DNA of 64,000 nucleotides from Octopus sinensis (Eukaryota), in contig NC_043004.1 in the NCBI RefSeq assembly GCF_006345805.1, forward strand, positions 91,264,001 through 91,328,000. The letters run 5' to 3'. This document shows, one piece after another, positions 35,683 to 47,871 of the stretch (position 1 is the first letter of the stretch; every line of letters starts with the position of its first letter). The notes under the pieces are model-generated. The model ran no database searches. It saw only the letters and a list, made by a program, of their open reading frames with translations, and had not been told where the DNA came from. Made by a program: the position numbers and the translations under genes.

Positions 35683-38600
35683 CTTGAGAAAGGAATAAAC
35701 ATGACATCAGGTATTTTTGCAAGACACTTATTTAATGAACATAACAGTAATCAAAGAGTATTAAACACGTACCATCTAACCCTCATACAAAAACTGAGTT
35801 AATTGATCATTCTACCAATTTTGTGTTAAGCTGGTGAAAAGACAGAGTTAATCTCTTCAGTCGGGATTTGGATATTGGTTTTAGAAAAATGAAAATGATA
35901 ACAGGGTCCAATGACAAGTCTGTGGTAATAAGTGGAGAGTACAACAGAACGCCAACATTCTAGCTCTTTTGCTTTTCATAATGTTGTCAGATATAGACAA
36001 AAATATACAACCAGCCAAACCCAGCCACAATATAGATGTCACTAAAGTGAAGCCAAAACTGAAAACACAAATGATGATATGTGTACCAATGAGACTTAAC
36101 TGTCATATACAATTGGGCAGATGGCAATAATATGTTGTTCAATATCACAAAACTCCATGCTCCCCATTGAGAAGATCCTCAACAAAATATTCTACCATGG
36201 TCCAAACACAGAAACAATTCAAAACTCTAAGCTTGTTCTCATGGTCCGGATTTAGTAGAAGAATGTTTTTCTAAATATATTCACAGATTCTCAACATCCT
36301 GTTGACAGCTCAGTGGTAGGGTACTAGTAAACATTTAGTATGAGAGACCTGATGGCAATGTTGTCTGAGCTGACAACTACTGCTAGAGGCCCAAGCCTTA
36401 TCTCTCAACTGGACAGATTACAAAAAGCATTCACTAAAGAAAATAAACAAATATGGAGACCTTAACCACAGGGAACACCTCTGCACATTATGTCTTTACT
36501 CTTTATAATGCTGGTGGGAATGATATGCCATAATTTGTATGTAGAAGATTGTTGAAGTCTTGTTCCAAACATTAGTATACAAGAGGGAAAATATAAGTGG
36601 AATGGGAGACACAATTAGATCTCAACGCTTCCTTTTTCAAACTCTTGTATCAAGAAGCTATAACAGTAGTTTTTTTATCATTTAAAGGTCTGTAATTACA
36701 CAGCTGTCCTCCAAAAGAAGTATGAAACATGATCACAGTTTCCTCTGATATACCTGAAATATATTTGATGCATTTCTTTCTAGCAGACGATAAGCCGTCT
36801 GCAAAAAGGCTGCAATGAAAGCAGATCAAACTCTCTTAAGTTATTAATCTACTAAGCAGAAATGCCACATACAAAGAAACACACACACACACACCAAAAT
36901 GCTGCACATCTGGAAAAAAACCATCTCTGAGACCATTAAACTGAATTGCAACTTAAACAATGGGACTTCTCTAAACACAAAAGGATTTTAAGGGCTGGTG
37001 TTTACGTTTGGTTTTATAGGTCATGTGGATCATCATCATCATTTAACGTCCGTTCTCCATGTTAGCATGGGTTGGACAGTTCAACCGGGGATCTGGGAAG
37101 CCAGAAGGCTGCACCAGGCTCCAGTCTGATCTGGCAGTGTTTCTACAGCTGGATGCAATTCCTAACGCCAACCACTCCGAAAGTGCAGTAGGTGATTTTT
37201 AAGTGCCACCGGCACAGGTGCCAGGCGAGGCTGGCAATGTCCAAGATCGGATTGGTGCTTTTTACGTGCCACCGGCACGGAAGCCAGTCAAAGCGGCACT
37301 GGCATCAGCCACGTTCGGATGGTGCTTTTTACGTGCCACCGGCAAAGGTTTCACAACTGCAGTTTCCATTGATCTTTGATGTTGGTGTCCTTGACTCAAT
37401 GGATGTGAAATATATCACCACTTGGTCATGATACTAGTCTGCCACAGCTAACATTCTCCCAGATGCTTTGGAGCTGCCTATTCTTATAGTCAGCCAAGGG
37501 GCAATGTAGAATATAGTGTCCTACTTGATACAAAATGGTGTGGAGCATTGACAAGCCTTCTCTTGAATGAAATATGAATCTATCACGGATAATATCTTTC
37601 AAGTGATTTGATAGTTTCTGTTTTTAACAAATAATCTAGTGAATTGAAACAATGTAAGATGTAGTGATCTGCTCCTGAAACACACCAAACTTCTTGAGGC
37701 AGATTTGGGTACCCTACAAGTAATCCAAAATCTGATGCAGTTAACTACCATTATAACTCCAGGCATGGCTGTGTAATAAGAAGCTTGCTTCCCAACCAAA
37801 TGGTTCTGGATTCAGTCCCACTGTATGGCATCTTGGGTAAGTGTCTTCTACTGTAGCCTCAAGCCCACCAAAGCCTTTTTAGGAGGTCATGGGCCAACAG
37901 ATGTTTGGGGTCTCAGCATTTTAAAACTGTTGTAATACTTACAACATTTAATAAAATGATATAGTGCGAAACGATCATACCAAATTACCGGAGTTATTCT
38001 TGTTGCTTATTTTGATTATATATATCATCATCATCATCATCATCATCATTTAGCGTCCGTTTTCCATGCTAGCATGGGTTGGACGGTTCTACTGGGGTCT
38101 GTGAAGCCAGAAGGCTTCATCAGGCCCAGTCAAATCTGGCAGTGTTTCTACGGCTGGATGCCCTTCCTAACGCCAACCACTCCGTGAGTGTAGTGGGTTC
38201 TTTTTACGTGCCACCCGCACTGGTGCCAGACAGAGCTATATATATATATAAATATATTTTATATATATATATATTATATATATATATATATAAATATATT
38301 TTATATATATATATATATATATATTTGCGTCTGTTTGTGCCCCCCGCCTCACCCCAATCACCACTTTGCTATTCGGCAAAAAGAAACCCGATAGAATAAG
38401 TACCGGGTTTTAAAAAGTAACTCTTGAGATCGATTCATTCGGCTAAAATTCTTAGAGGCGGTGCCCCAGCATGGCCGCAGTCTAATGACTGAAACAAGTA
38501 AAAGAAGATCTGTTCAGGTTAATTGCGACAATCCTGTGAAACTAAACGAGAACAAAGCAATGCAAGGGAGGTAAGCGAGGTATACAATTACTAACTGATA

Positions 38601-38821
38601 TGCAGTCGTTTAAGCTGCTAGAAATAGCAACCACATCTCCCTCAAATTACACCATATTGTCTTTAAAAAGCAGACACACTAGATAATGCAGTCTTGGGTA
38701 CGGCATATTTGAAAATACGACAAGATGGTCACGACTAGAATGTCTTTGATCATGTCTACTTAACCAGGGCTGGTTTAGGGCTAAATACGAGCTGAAATAT
38801 TTACAGAAGTGTTTATATTAC

Positions 38822-39102
38822 GGAGACGTACTTGCATAGCAAGTGATTTGATCTGAGATCGTGTGCTGAAACGAAAACAATTGCAGCGTGGAAGGTGTTT
38901 GTAAGCCATTTAAAGAAACACACAAAAGCCGTTCGATTCACTTCAACATTTAAGTTTAATTTGTCAAAATATTTTCGTCGCTTTAAGACCGCGACCTGTT
39001 CACTGACAAAAATATTTTGACAAATTAAACTTAAATGTTGAAGTGAATAGAACGGCTTTTGTGTGTTTCTTAAATGGCTTATAAACACCTTCCACGCTGC
39101 AA
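38822..39102. mobile_element. Fold-back PLE-like mini-element (copy 2), interrupted at its right end by a Helitron
   Basis: ~92-bp inverted arms (38881-38973 / 39011-39102) flank the hammerhead core. Possible TSD TGTTTATA (38810 / 39621). Confidence 0.7.
38960..39010 (-). ncRNA. Minimal type I hammerhead ribozyme motif, G3:C8 variant (copy 2, sense to IFT74)
   Basis: Reverse complement is identical to the 27212-27262 motif. Confidence 0.8.
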
Positions 39103-39619
39103 TCTATATATATAAAACTGTAGTTGTGTGAGTGTCTGTCCCCTTCGATTTAGATTCCTAACTACTCCCACATTTTGCGGTGCAGTTTAACCAAATTCGG
39201 GTATCTTATAGTCGTAATTCATATCGAGCCCGTCTGGCTATTAGCGCGCGTCTACGATGAGTCTACGATTTTAGAAATAATTTAACATCATTTTTTATTC
39301 CATTTTAATGCATAATTTTTCGTGTGTCGATGGCGGCGGAGTTGGCGTCCACGCTCAAACACCTGCACCTGTGTTTGCTTCTCCCCCTTCTTCCCTCCCA
39401 AGTGAAGCTGTGGGGAAGGGAGTGTAAGGAAATCAACGTCGTAAAGCGTTGTCAAGGAGACCAGCGTTCTTTTAGAACAACGATTTCATGGCTTGAAGAC
39501 ACCAAAACAGAAATGGCTAAGAAAGCCCGAATTGGCATCTATAAGGGAAGTAACTCTCTAAAAATGCTTATATAGTTATTTCCCTTATAAACCCGAGCAA
39601 CGCCGGGCGATACTGCTAG
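39103..39619 (+). mobile_element. Non-autonomous Helitron, complete
   Basis: 5' TCTATATATATAAAA, 3' hairpin CCCGAGCAACGCCGGG then CTAG. Inserted between A and T, no TSD. Confidence 0.85.
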
Positions 39620-41384
39620 TTGTTTATAAAAAGTTGAAGCCAATCTCCGGCTTTTACAAGATTTATATGTAAGGGAGATAACTTCTACTATAAAACGACG
39701 TGAACGTATTTCTATGAACACGCCGTGTCAGTCATTCCTTACTCTCGCGCACACTCGAATAGACATCAGTATATGTGCGTGTCTCTCCTGGAATAACTAA
39801 CCTACGATTTCCAGTGACTAGTCTTTTTTTTTTTCTTTAAGGCATGTATGGCCTTGTTTCAATGTCTAAACACCTAAGATACTATGACATATCTGTTGTA
39901 GAGATGCACACCATGGCTCTATTGCAAAAAGAAACAGTGTGCAGGAGTGGCTGTGTGGTAAGTAGCTTGCTAACCAACCACACAGTTCCGGGTTCAGTCC
40001 CACTGCGTGGCATCTTGGGCAAGTGTCTTCAGCTATAGCCCCGGGCCGACCAATGCCTTGTGAGTGGATTTGGTAGACGGAAACTGAAAGAAGCCTGTCG
40101 TATATATGTATATGTATGCATGTGTATGTGTTTGTACCCCTAGCATTACTTGACAACCGATGCTGGTGTGTTTACGTCCCCGTCACTTAGCGGTTCGGCA
40201 AAAGAGACCGATAGAATAAGTACTGGGCTTACAAAGAATACATCCTGGTGTCGAGTTGCTCGACTAAAGGTGGTGCTCCAGCATGGCCACAGTCAAATGA
40301 CTGAAACATGTAAAAAGAGTTAAAAGAGAGCGTCGTAACCTCCTCACTGAGATCTATAAAAGATAGAAATATAAATGTGAAAATCAACAGCTAAAATATT
40401 CAATGTAATCTTCAGTTTGATTTTCAAGCCTACCTTTACCTACATTTATGAATCTTGGTTTGTGAGTTGGACAAGTGACCAAAACAGTTTCTCTGAAAGG
40501 GTTGTAGGAGTATCATTACTCAATAGTGTGTGTGTAGTTCAGAGATTGCTCCTCCACTCTGAGAGGCCTCAGCTCTGGTACAACAGGTATCTCGTCAGGC
40601 GAGCTGGCAGAATCGTTAGCACGCCGGGCGAAATGCTTAGCAGTATTTCGTCTGCCATTACATTCTGAGTTCAAATTCCGCCGAGGTCAACTTTGCCTTT
40701 CATCCTTTTGGGGCCAATTAAATAAGAACCAGTTACGCACTGGGGTCGATATAATCGACTTAATCCGTTTGTCTGCCCTTGTTTGTCCTCTCTGTGTTTA
40801 GCCCCTTGTGGGTAGTAAAGAAATAGGTATCTCGTCAGAATGTTCGAGGGAAGAACCACAGGATAGATTTAACAGGCATGACCAACAAGCATGAAGAAAC
40901 CACGAGCAAAATAGCTGGATAATATCCATAGCTTTGGTTGATCTCATTTGGGGATCCAGCCAAAACATTTTTGATAAGACACCTAGGAGCCTGAAGGGCA
41001 TATCTGAGATCTCTGCTCATATAGCCCTCATATGAATATCAAGCTATGAAGATAAATGGCTGTTCAATGTAAACACCAATCCGCGAAAAACAAGAATACC
41101 ATAGCCACTGATGTATCTTGACTTACACATCTATCATGATTCAATTGGTGATTCTGCTTCTATTTTCCTTCTCAAATTGTTGATTACAATGTCAAATATC
41201 AACAATAAAGACTGTTGAAAATATTTAAAATGCATAATATATTCACATTCCATGACAACTAAGGTATTTACCTGAAACAGTTACAGCATTTACCTGGCTG
41301 CATGGCCACACTGACAATTTGAAAAGACACATTAATACTTATTTGATTCAATATTTTGAAATTGGAAACTAAATATCAAAGATT

Positions 41385-41882
41385 TTCGCAGTGTCTCCTC
41401 AAAGACATACAGCATCTCGAAAGAGTCCAGAAGCTGGCTACCCGCATGGTTCTTGGTCTCAAGCATTTGTCTTATGAAGAAAGGCTGAAGACACTCGACC
41501 TTTATTCTCTAGAAAAATGCCGCCGCCGTGGTGATCTCATTCTTGCTCACAACATCATAAGCGGAAAGTGTAACCTCTCGAAAGAGCTGTTCTTCACTCC
41601 TGCTCCAGAGCGTCGGCTGCGGGGTCACTCCGAAAAGCTCTATCTGCGACGATTTCATCTCAATCGAAGGAGAGGGGCTTTCTCCGTCCGGGTTGCGCAT
41701 CCGTGGAATAAGCTGCCGGATGAGATGGTGAAGATGCTGACAACCTCTCGGTTCAAAGTCTCCCTTGACTACAAGTGGCCTGAACTCTTTACATGAACAC
41801 CACCCTGTACCTAACTCCATGTCCCCCTACATGGCCTTGCTTTTTGCTTTTTGAGCCAAAAATTAACTAACTAACTAACTAA
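41385..41882 (+). mobile_element. Young CR1/L2-group LINE 3' end
   Basis: ORF 41356-41796 (ERVQKLATR...KWPELFT) followed by a (CTAA)n tail. Confidence 0.9.
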
Positions 41883-42227
41883 CATAACCTTGTCCATGAC
41901 ACTTTGTACCATTACATCTAACATGCTATTATAAAAATAATATAATAAAACAAAAGTGACCTTGAAAGCATATATGAGATTTGAACCCAGAACAAAAAGT
42001 TCATGAGTAAACATCGCAAGGTATTTTCGTTTGGAGCTCTGCTATTCCTGCCATACTATTAAACATGCTTTGTCAATTAAGTTGACCTCAGTTACCTAAC
42101 AGGTACTTACTTCATTGATCAAAAAAGGTAAAGTTCAATCATTCCATTGTCCTTCTTGATATATGTTGAAATATAAATATGATGGACGAACATTTTGCAA
42201 TATAAGTAGAATGATTATTTTACTTAC

Positions 42228-42286
42228 AAGATCCTATTGGTCTGAAACTGCCAGTCCTTAACCGACCAGATTTTGGGGGTAGACTC
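42228..42286 (-). CDS. IFT74: IFT74 exon (G|SLPPKSGRLRTGSFRPIGS|T), basic N-terminal region
   Basis: ttgttttacag acceptor and gtaagt donor. 59 bp, phase 2->1, compatible with the next exon. Arg/Pro/Gly/Ser-rich like the IFT74 N-terminus. Confidence 0.75.
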
Positions 42287-42591
42287 CTGTAAAACAAACA
42301 TACATGATTTAAGAGATAAAAATTAAGTGTATTTGGTTTTTGGTACATATGTCAATGTATCTAATTAACAATGCTATATTAACTTTGGTAACTATGGTTC
42401 ATTTCTAGTGCGAGAATAAAATTTCAGAGGAGTGAGACAGCTTTTTGGATCAACTACTTGATTGCTTAATCAACAGGTCACAAATTCAAATCCAAAGCAG
42501 TATTTAATTGTGTAACTGGGGATGAACATCTTATTTCACATTATCTAAATTCACCTAGCTGTCGGTAGAAATAGACACTATGTACATATAA

Positions 42592-42635
<44 letters not shown>

Positions 42636-43168
42636 AAATCCTTTCTGTCTCTGTGTGTGTGTGTCTTTTAGGATCTCGGGCATCCTCCATCCGATTGCGC
42701 TCAAATTTGATATGTAGATACTGATGGTATCAGGGCGTGTATAAGTCTTGAAAAAAATTACAAAAATCGATTCCAGGTGAGAATGTGATCGATAAAGCCG
42801 TGGGAACATGCATTTGTATGTGCAAGTACATCAGCTGTTGCAATCGATACGAGAAAAATGCATGTGCAGTTTGCGCAAAAAAAGCCAGCTGGCTTGAAAT
42901 AATGCCACAAAATGCAGTATATTTAAGAGATCAAAAAAGTAAGATGCAAAAGAGATATTTTCTTCAAACTTGCATGAAGGAAGGAAAGACTATTTGGTTT
43001 CACAAGAAGTTTTTTTTTTTTTGCCTTAACTTTATTTAACAAAACCCAAAATTTTATTGAAATAAAAGCATGCATAATTATTTTTTAATGTAAAGAAAAC
43101 ACTGACTGCTTTTTATTCAGCAGATATGATTCAGCACCGTCCATTGGATGGGGGGCATTTTGCTTGTA

Positions 43169-43251
<83 letters not shown>

Positions 43252-43491
43252 GAGATGTATTCGCATAGCAAGTGATTTGATCTGAGATCGTGTGCTGAAA
43301 CGAAAACAATTGCAGCATGGAAGGTGTTTGTAACCCATTTAAGAAACACACAAAAGCTGTTCGATGTCAGTGAACAGGTCGCGGATTTTAGCGACGAAAA
43401 TATTTTGACAAATTAAACTTAAATGTTGAAGTGAATCGAACGGCTTTTGTGTGTTTCTTAAATGGGTTACAAACACCTTCCACACTACAAT
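43252..43491. mobile_element. Fold-back PLE-like mini-element (copy 3)
   Basis: Same tail, arms and hammerhead as copies 1 and 2. Flanked by (TA)n on both sides. Confidence 0.7.
43365..43410 (+). ncRNA. Minimal type I hammerhead ribozyme motif, G3:C8 variant (copy 3)
   Basis: TGTCA-GTGAACA-G-GTCGC-GGATTTTA-GCGAC-GAAA-ATATT-T-TGACA. Apart from a shorter stem I at the 5' junction, it differs from copy 1 only in the stem II loop. Confidence 0.75.
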
Positions 43492-43514
43492 TATATATAT
43501 ATATATTATATATA

Positions 43515-43865
43515 TGCAAGACCCTGCCTCAGTAAAGCTGGACTCATGAGTCATCTTCATGGTCATAAAACGAGACAGATGAGTGACAACCTGGCCACTG
43601 GTGGTGGTGTAACACACCATACTAATCATATCTGTCGGGCATGTGGAAGAGAGTGTAATTCGGCAGGAGGACTTAAATGACATGCAAAGGTACATGAAGC
43701 CCAGTTACAACTACAGCCGGCTATTGCCGGTAAAGGTTTTAGTTGCCAATTTTGTATAAGACATTGTAGATATTTAGCTGGGCTAAAAATTCCAATTCGA
43801 TCACAGTACCAGTAATAGTTAAGCTTCATGCAATGGCCATACTCGATAACGAGGGGGCAGCCATA
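43515..43865 (+). mobile_element. LINE 3' end with three degenerate C2H2 zinc fingers (RTE-type C-terminus)
   Basis: CLSKAGLMSHLHGH; CRACGRECNSAGGLK*HAKVH; CQFCIRHCRYLAGLK. Ends GGCCATACTCGATAACGAGGGGGCAGCCA. Confidence 0.65.
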
Positions 43866-45272
43866 AATAAATATATATATATATATATGCATATAATTAA
43901 AATCAAAAATAAGGGTGAAAAAATTGGATATTAATTTAATAATAACATCAATTTAACACCAAGTGGTTTAGCGCATAAAAACCAGGGATACAGTAAAAAT
44001 TAATACACGAATATAATACACACTATAGCGAGGGCATTCGAATCATAACTGCGAATATAATTTGACTGAACCACACGTGTGTTTGACGTTATGTTAAAAT
44101 CTGGCGTGCGGTTCAGTAAATTGTATTCAAGACAAATTCTACTGAAGAGCTGCAGATATATTATGTAAGTAAAATTGCATAATCCATTAACAGCGAAACA
44201 ATTGTCTAGAATTAATCCACATTTTTGTTATTTTTCATTTGTCTTGCTCGTTTACATTCATAGTTGTGCTAGTTCTCCTTGGAAACAATTCTTGGTGGTT
44301 GAGACCATAGCGGATCTATTTTTAGCGCAAGTGTCGACCACATAGTGGACACTCTCTTATATTTGTATATATATGCATATATATATATATATATATACAT
44401 GCATACATATCAGTGCTGATATGTATGTCTTGAGCATAATTTTCTTCTTATTTCACCCTTTAGCATTCAGATTATTCTTTCAAAGGTAATGCATATTTAT
44501 TCACATTGTTTTGAATTAATCATGAAATAGCTTGTAGTTTTAAGTGTCTGATGTGATTGTTCATTTTTAGAATGACATTGTAGGGTAGGTGTGAGGGATC
44601 AGCTTTGGCCAGTGTGAACATAAAGCAGGTAGAATATCTGGGTTGGATATGGCTGGTTTAAATGCTAAAGGGTTAAACATAGTGGAGAGTGGAGCCCGTC
44701 TCTTTCCAAAACGGATCATAGGCAATTTATGATCAGATATAATTGAGATGGGGTGAGTGGGTGAAGAAAGAATTTTGTGAGAGAGAATGAGAGAAGAAAT
44801 GACTAATACTTAACTAGTACTTCATTTATTTATCTAAAAGAATGGAAAGCAAAGTTAAACTTGGTGGGACCCGAATTCAGTGTGCAGAAATCCAGAACAA
44901 ATACTGCTAACCATTCTGTCTGATGTTCTACTGACTCTACCAATTTGAGACTCTGTGTGTGGCATGGAAAATGAAACTGATTTCTAGCAAGGTAATTATC
45001 TCTCTTGCAATGGAATGATCACTGAAGCAGCAGCTTTGGTGTGTGTGTGTGTGATCATCATTTAATGTCTACTTTCCATGCAGGTACAGGTGAGATGGTT
45101 TAACAGGATCTGGCACCATGATTTGCTGTCTGTTTTGGCAGGGTTTTTACAGCTGGATGCCCTTCCAAACATCAACCACTTTACAGTGTGGACTGGATGC
45201 TTTTTACATGGCACCAGAACTGGCAGGGTCACCAAGTAACTTGTAAGACAAAAAACCTTTATGTATGTATGT

Positions 45273-45310
<38 letters not shown>

Positions 45311-46036
45311 ATATAAAGTAGAAATATTTTACAAAAAGAAAATATAAAATACACCATCCATTCAGGGTCGATTAAATAAGTACCAGTTAATCACTGGGGT
45401 CAATGTAATCGACTTAATCCCCTTGTCTGTCCTTGTTTGACCCCTCTATGTTTAGCCCCCTGTGGGCAATAAAGAAATATATAAGATACTGCAATCAAAT
45501 GTTCTGCCTTCTTCCTACCTGTGGAAAATTGTACAACGCACGTGCTCACAAAACCCATTGCAGCTTGCATGGAGATGCTAGTATTTTTGAGTAGGCCTTG
45601 ATCATACTCTGTGTCAGTTTTTATATAGTGACAGTGAATTATTTCCTTGCTGTAAGCCACCTTGATTATTTTATAATTTTCACATTACCATTTTGTTAAA
45701 TCAGTCCCTAATTCCAATGGCATTCTTCATTATATTAACATGGTGAGTTGGCCTCTACCAGCTGTGATGGCAGGAGCATTTATTGATGAGCATTAATTTC
45801 CTAAATGAAATTAGCATGCTAATCTAATGCATCTCACTCATAGTGGGGAGGAGTCTATGACTTCTATTTCTAGCAATGCTGGTGCTCACTGCACCCTTGT
45901 CACTCTTAGTGACAGTGAATTATTTCCTTGTTGGTTTTAAATTGCTGTTAGTCACCTTGATTTTATATATATATATAATTTTAAGGTTTTAACTTTACAA
46001 CTTGTCTCTTTACAATTTATCATTTTTTAATTACAG

Positions 46037-47456
46037 AATGCTCAAAAATGTCCCTTGGGTGGCGACCACCATGGACTGTTGGTCGGCCCATAACAGGTCC
46101 TACCTGGGGATGACAGCACACTGGCTGGACCCCAAGACCCGCACGAGACAACATGTCCTCCTGGCCTGCTCTTGGTTCAGAGGACATCACACCTTTGATG
46201 CTCTCACCCAGTCTATGGTGGACACCCATTACAAGTTCCATCTGCGAGACAAGGTGACCAGGACCACAATGGACAATGGCAAAAACTTTGTTACGGCATT
46301 TATGCAGTTTGGTACAGAAGTTGAACTCTTGCCAGACATTCCTAAGGCTGCTGTCTGATCTGGACATGGGGAGGCATCAAGGATGTGGACCTGGATGTGG
46401 ATTCCAAGGCTGGGGATGTGGACGAAGTTGAGTACATCTCTGTTGATACCATCCTTGACAACTCCAGCAGCCTGGGCCTGAACCTGCCACAGCACATGTA
46501 GTGCATAGTGCATACCCTGAACTTGGTACCCAGCGTAGATGCCAACAAGGCTCTTGACAGTGCTTTGTTCAAGTCAGCCTACAGGAAGGTCATGTCCTAG
46601 GCACAGCAACTGTGGAATCGGCAGAGTCACAGCACAGTGGCAGCAGACAGCATTCTGGATGTGTTGAAGAGGAGGCTGGTAGTCCCCAACAGTACAGGAT
46701 GGAACTCTACCTATGACTCTGTTGTTGTCCTCAACAACATGCTGGAGAAGAACAGGGGAGCTGTCCACAGAGTGATGACACAGCTGAAGCTGCAAACCTT
46801 CACAGAGTATGCCCAGGTGATGTCTAATGTTGCCAAGTCCTTGGATAAAATCCAGTGGGAGGACCAGGTTTATCTTGGAAGTCTTCTGCCAACTGTAGCG
46901 ACTACTGTCATGAAGTTGAAGGAGGCCTAATACAAATATCTCCTGAACTGCAATCCTCTGGTAGACGTGATACTGGCAGGCATCATGAAGAGGCTTGGGC
47001 TCCTCCTAGAAGATCTGGAGAGCCAGCTGGCAGCTGCCTTCCACTCCAAGTTCCACCTGTTCTGGCTGAAGCAGTATAATAACAGCCAGGTTAGCAGAGT
47101 AATGAACACCACAGAAACCGTCATAGAGACAACCCTAATGGAGACCAATGAGGAGAGCAGCAACACTGCCAGCAATGAGGATGAGGAAGGTGATTTCTTC
47201 AGTAACATCACTCAGTTCCAGCAGAGCAGGAGCCACAGGTCACTGAAATCCAAGGCCCCAGAACTGGCTGGAGGATGTCTTGAAGGAGGTCCTGACTGAA
47301 GTCGTTTTTTTGAGTGAGCAGGGGTCTTGATTGACCTGTTCACAAGTCGATCCCATCCAGTGCCTATCCTCTAAAGGCAAAGATATTTTGAGGGCCAAGA
47401 AAGCCACTCTGTCAGGTAGTAACTTTGAGAGGCTGATGTTTATGAAGGGCAACTAG
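46037..47456 (+). mobile_element. Tol2/Ac-like hAT transposase pseudogene (catalytic and dimerization regions)
   Basis: VATTMDCWSAHNRSYLGMTAHWLDP..., TTMDNGKNFVTAF, PNSTGWNSTY, and ending ATLSGSNFERLMFMKGN*, colinear with Tol2 transposase. Several stops and frameshifts. Confidence 0.88.
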
Positions 47457-47840
47457 CATCATGTTGAGGCGATGGAGAAGGCCCAGCCAGAGTAGTACAC
47501 CTTGATCATCATCTGATCTTGGCATGATACCTATACTACACTATACCGTTTTCATCATCATCATCATCGTTTAACGTCCGCTTTCCATGCTAGCATGGGT
47601 TGGACGGTTCAACTGGGGTCTGGGAAGCCAGAAAGCTGCACCAGGCCAGTCAGATCTGGCAGTGTTTCTACAGCTGGATGCCCTTCCTAACGCCAACCAT
47701 TCCGTGAGTGTAGTGGGTGCTTTTTACGTGCCACCGGTACAGATGCCAGACGAGTCTGGCAAACGGCCACGATTGGATGGTGCTTTTTATGTGCCACCAG
47801 CAAGGGGGCCAGGCGAGGCTGGCAACGGCCACGAATGGAC

Positions 47841-47871
<31 letters not shown>

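Noticed and set aside
41294-41310. 17-nt mini-exon with GCCATGCAGCCAG|gtaaat in frame with exon 35636-35682 (alternative start)
   Set aside because: Such a short pattern is expected by chance in 6 kb of intron. Needs junction reads.
42555-42580. Alternative upstream IFT74 exon (…CCGACAGCTAG|gtgaat, phase 2)
   Set aside because: In-frame TAG eight codons upstream with no ATG, and a weak acceptor.
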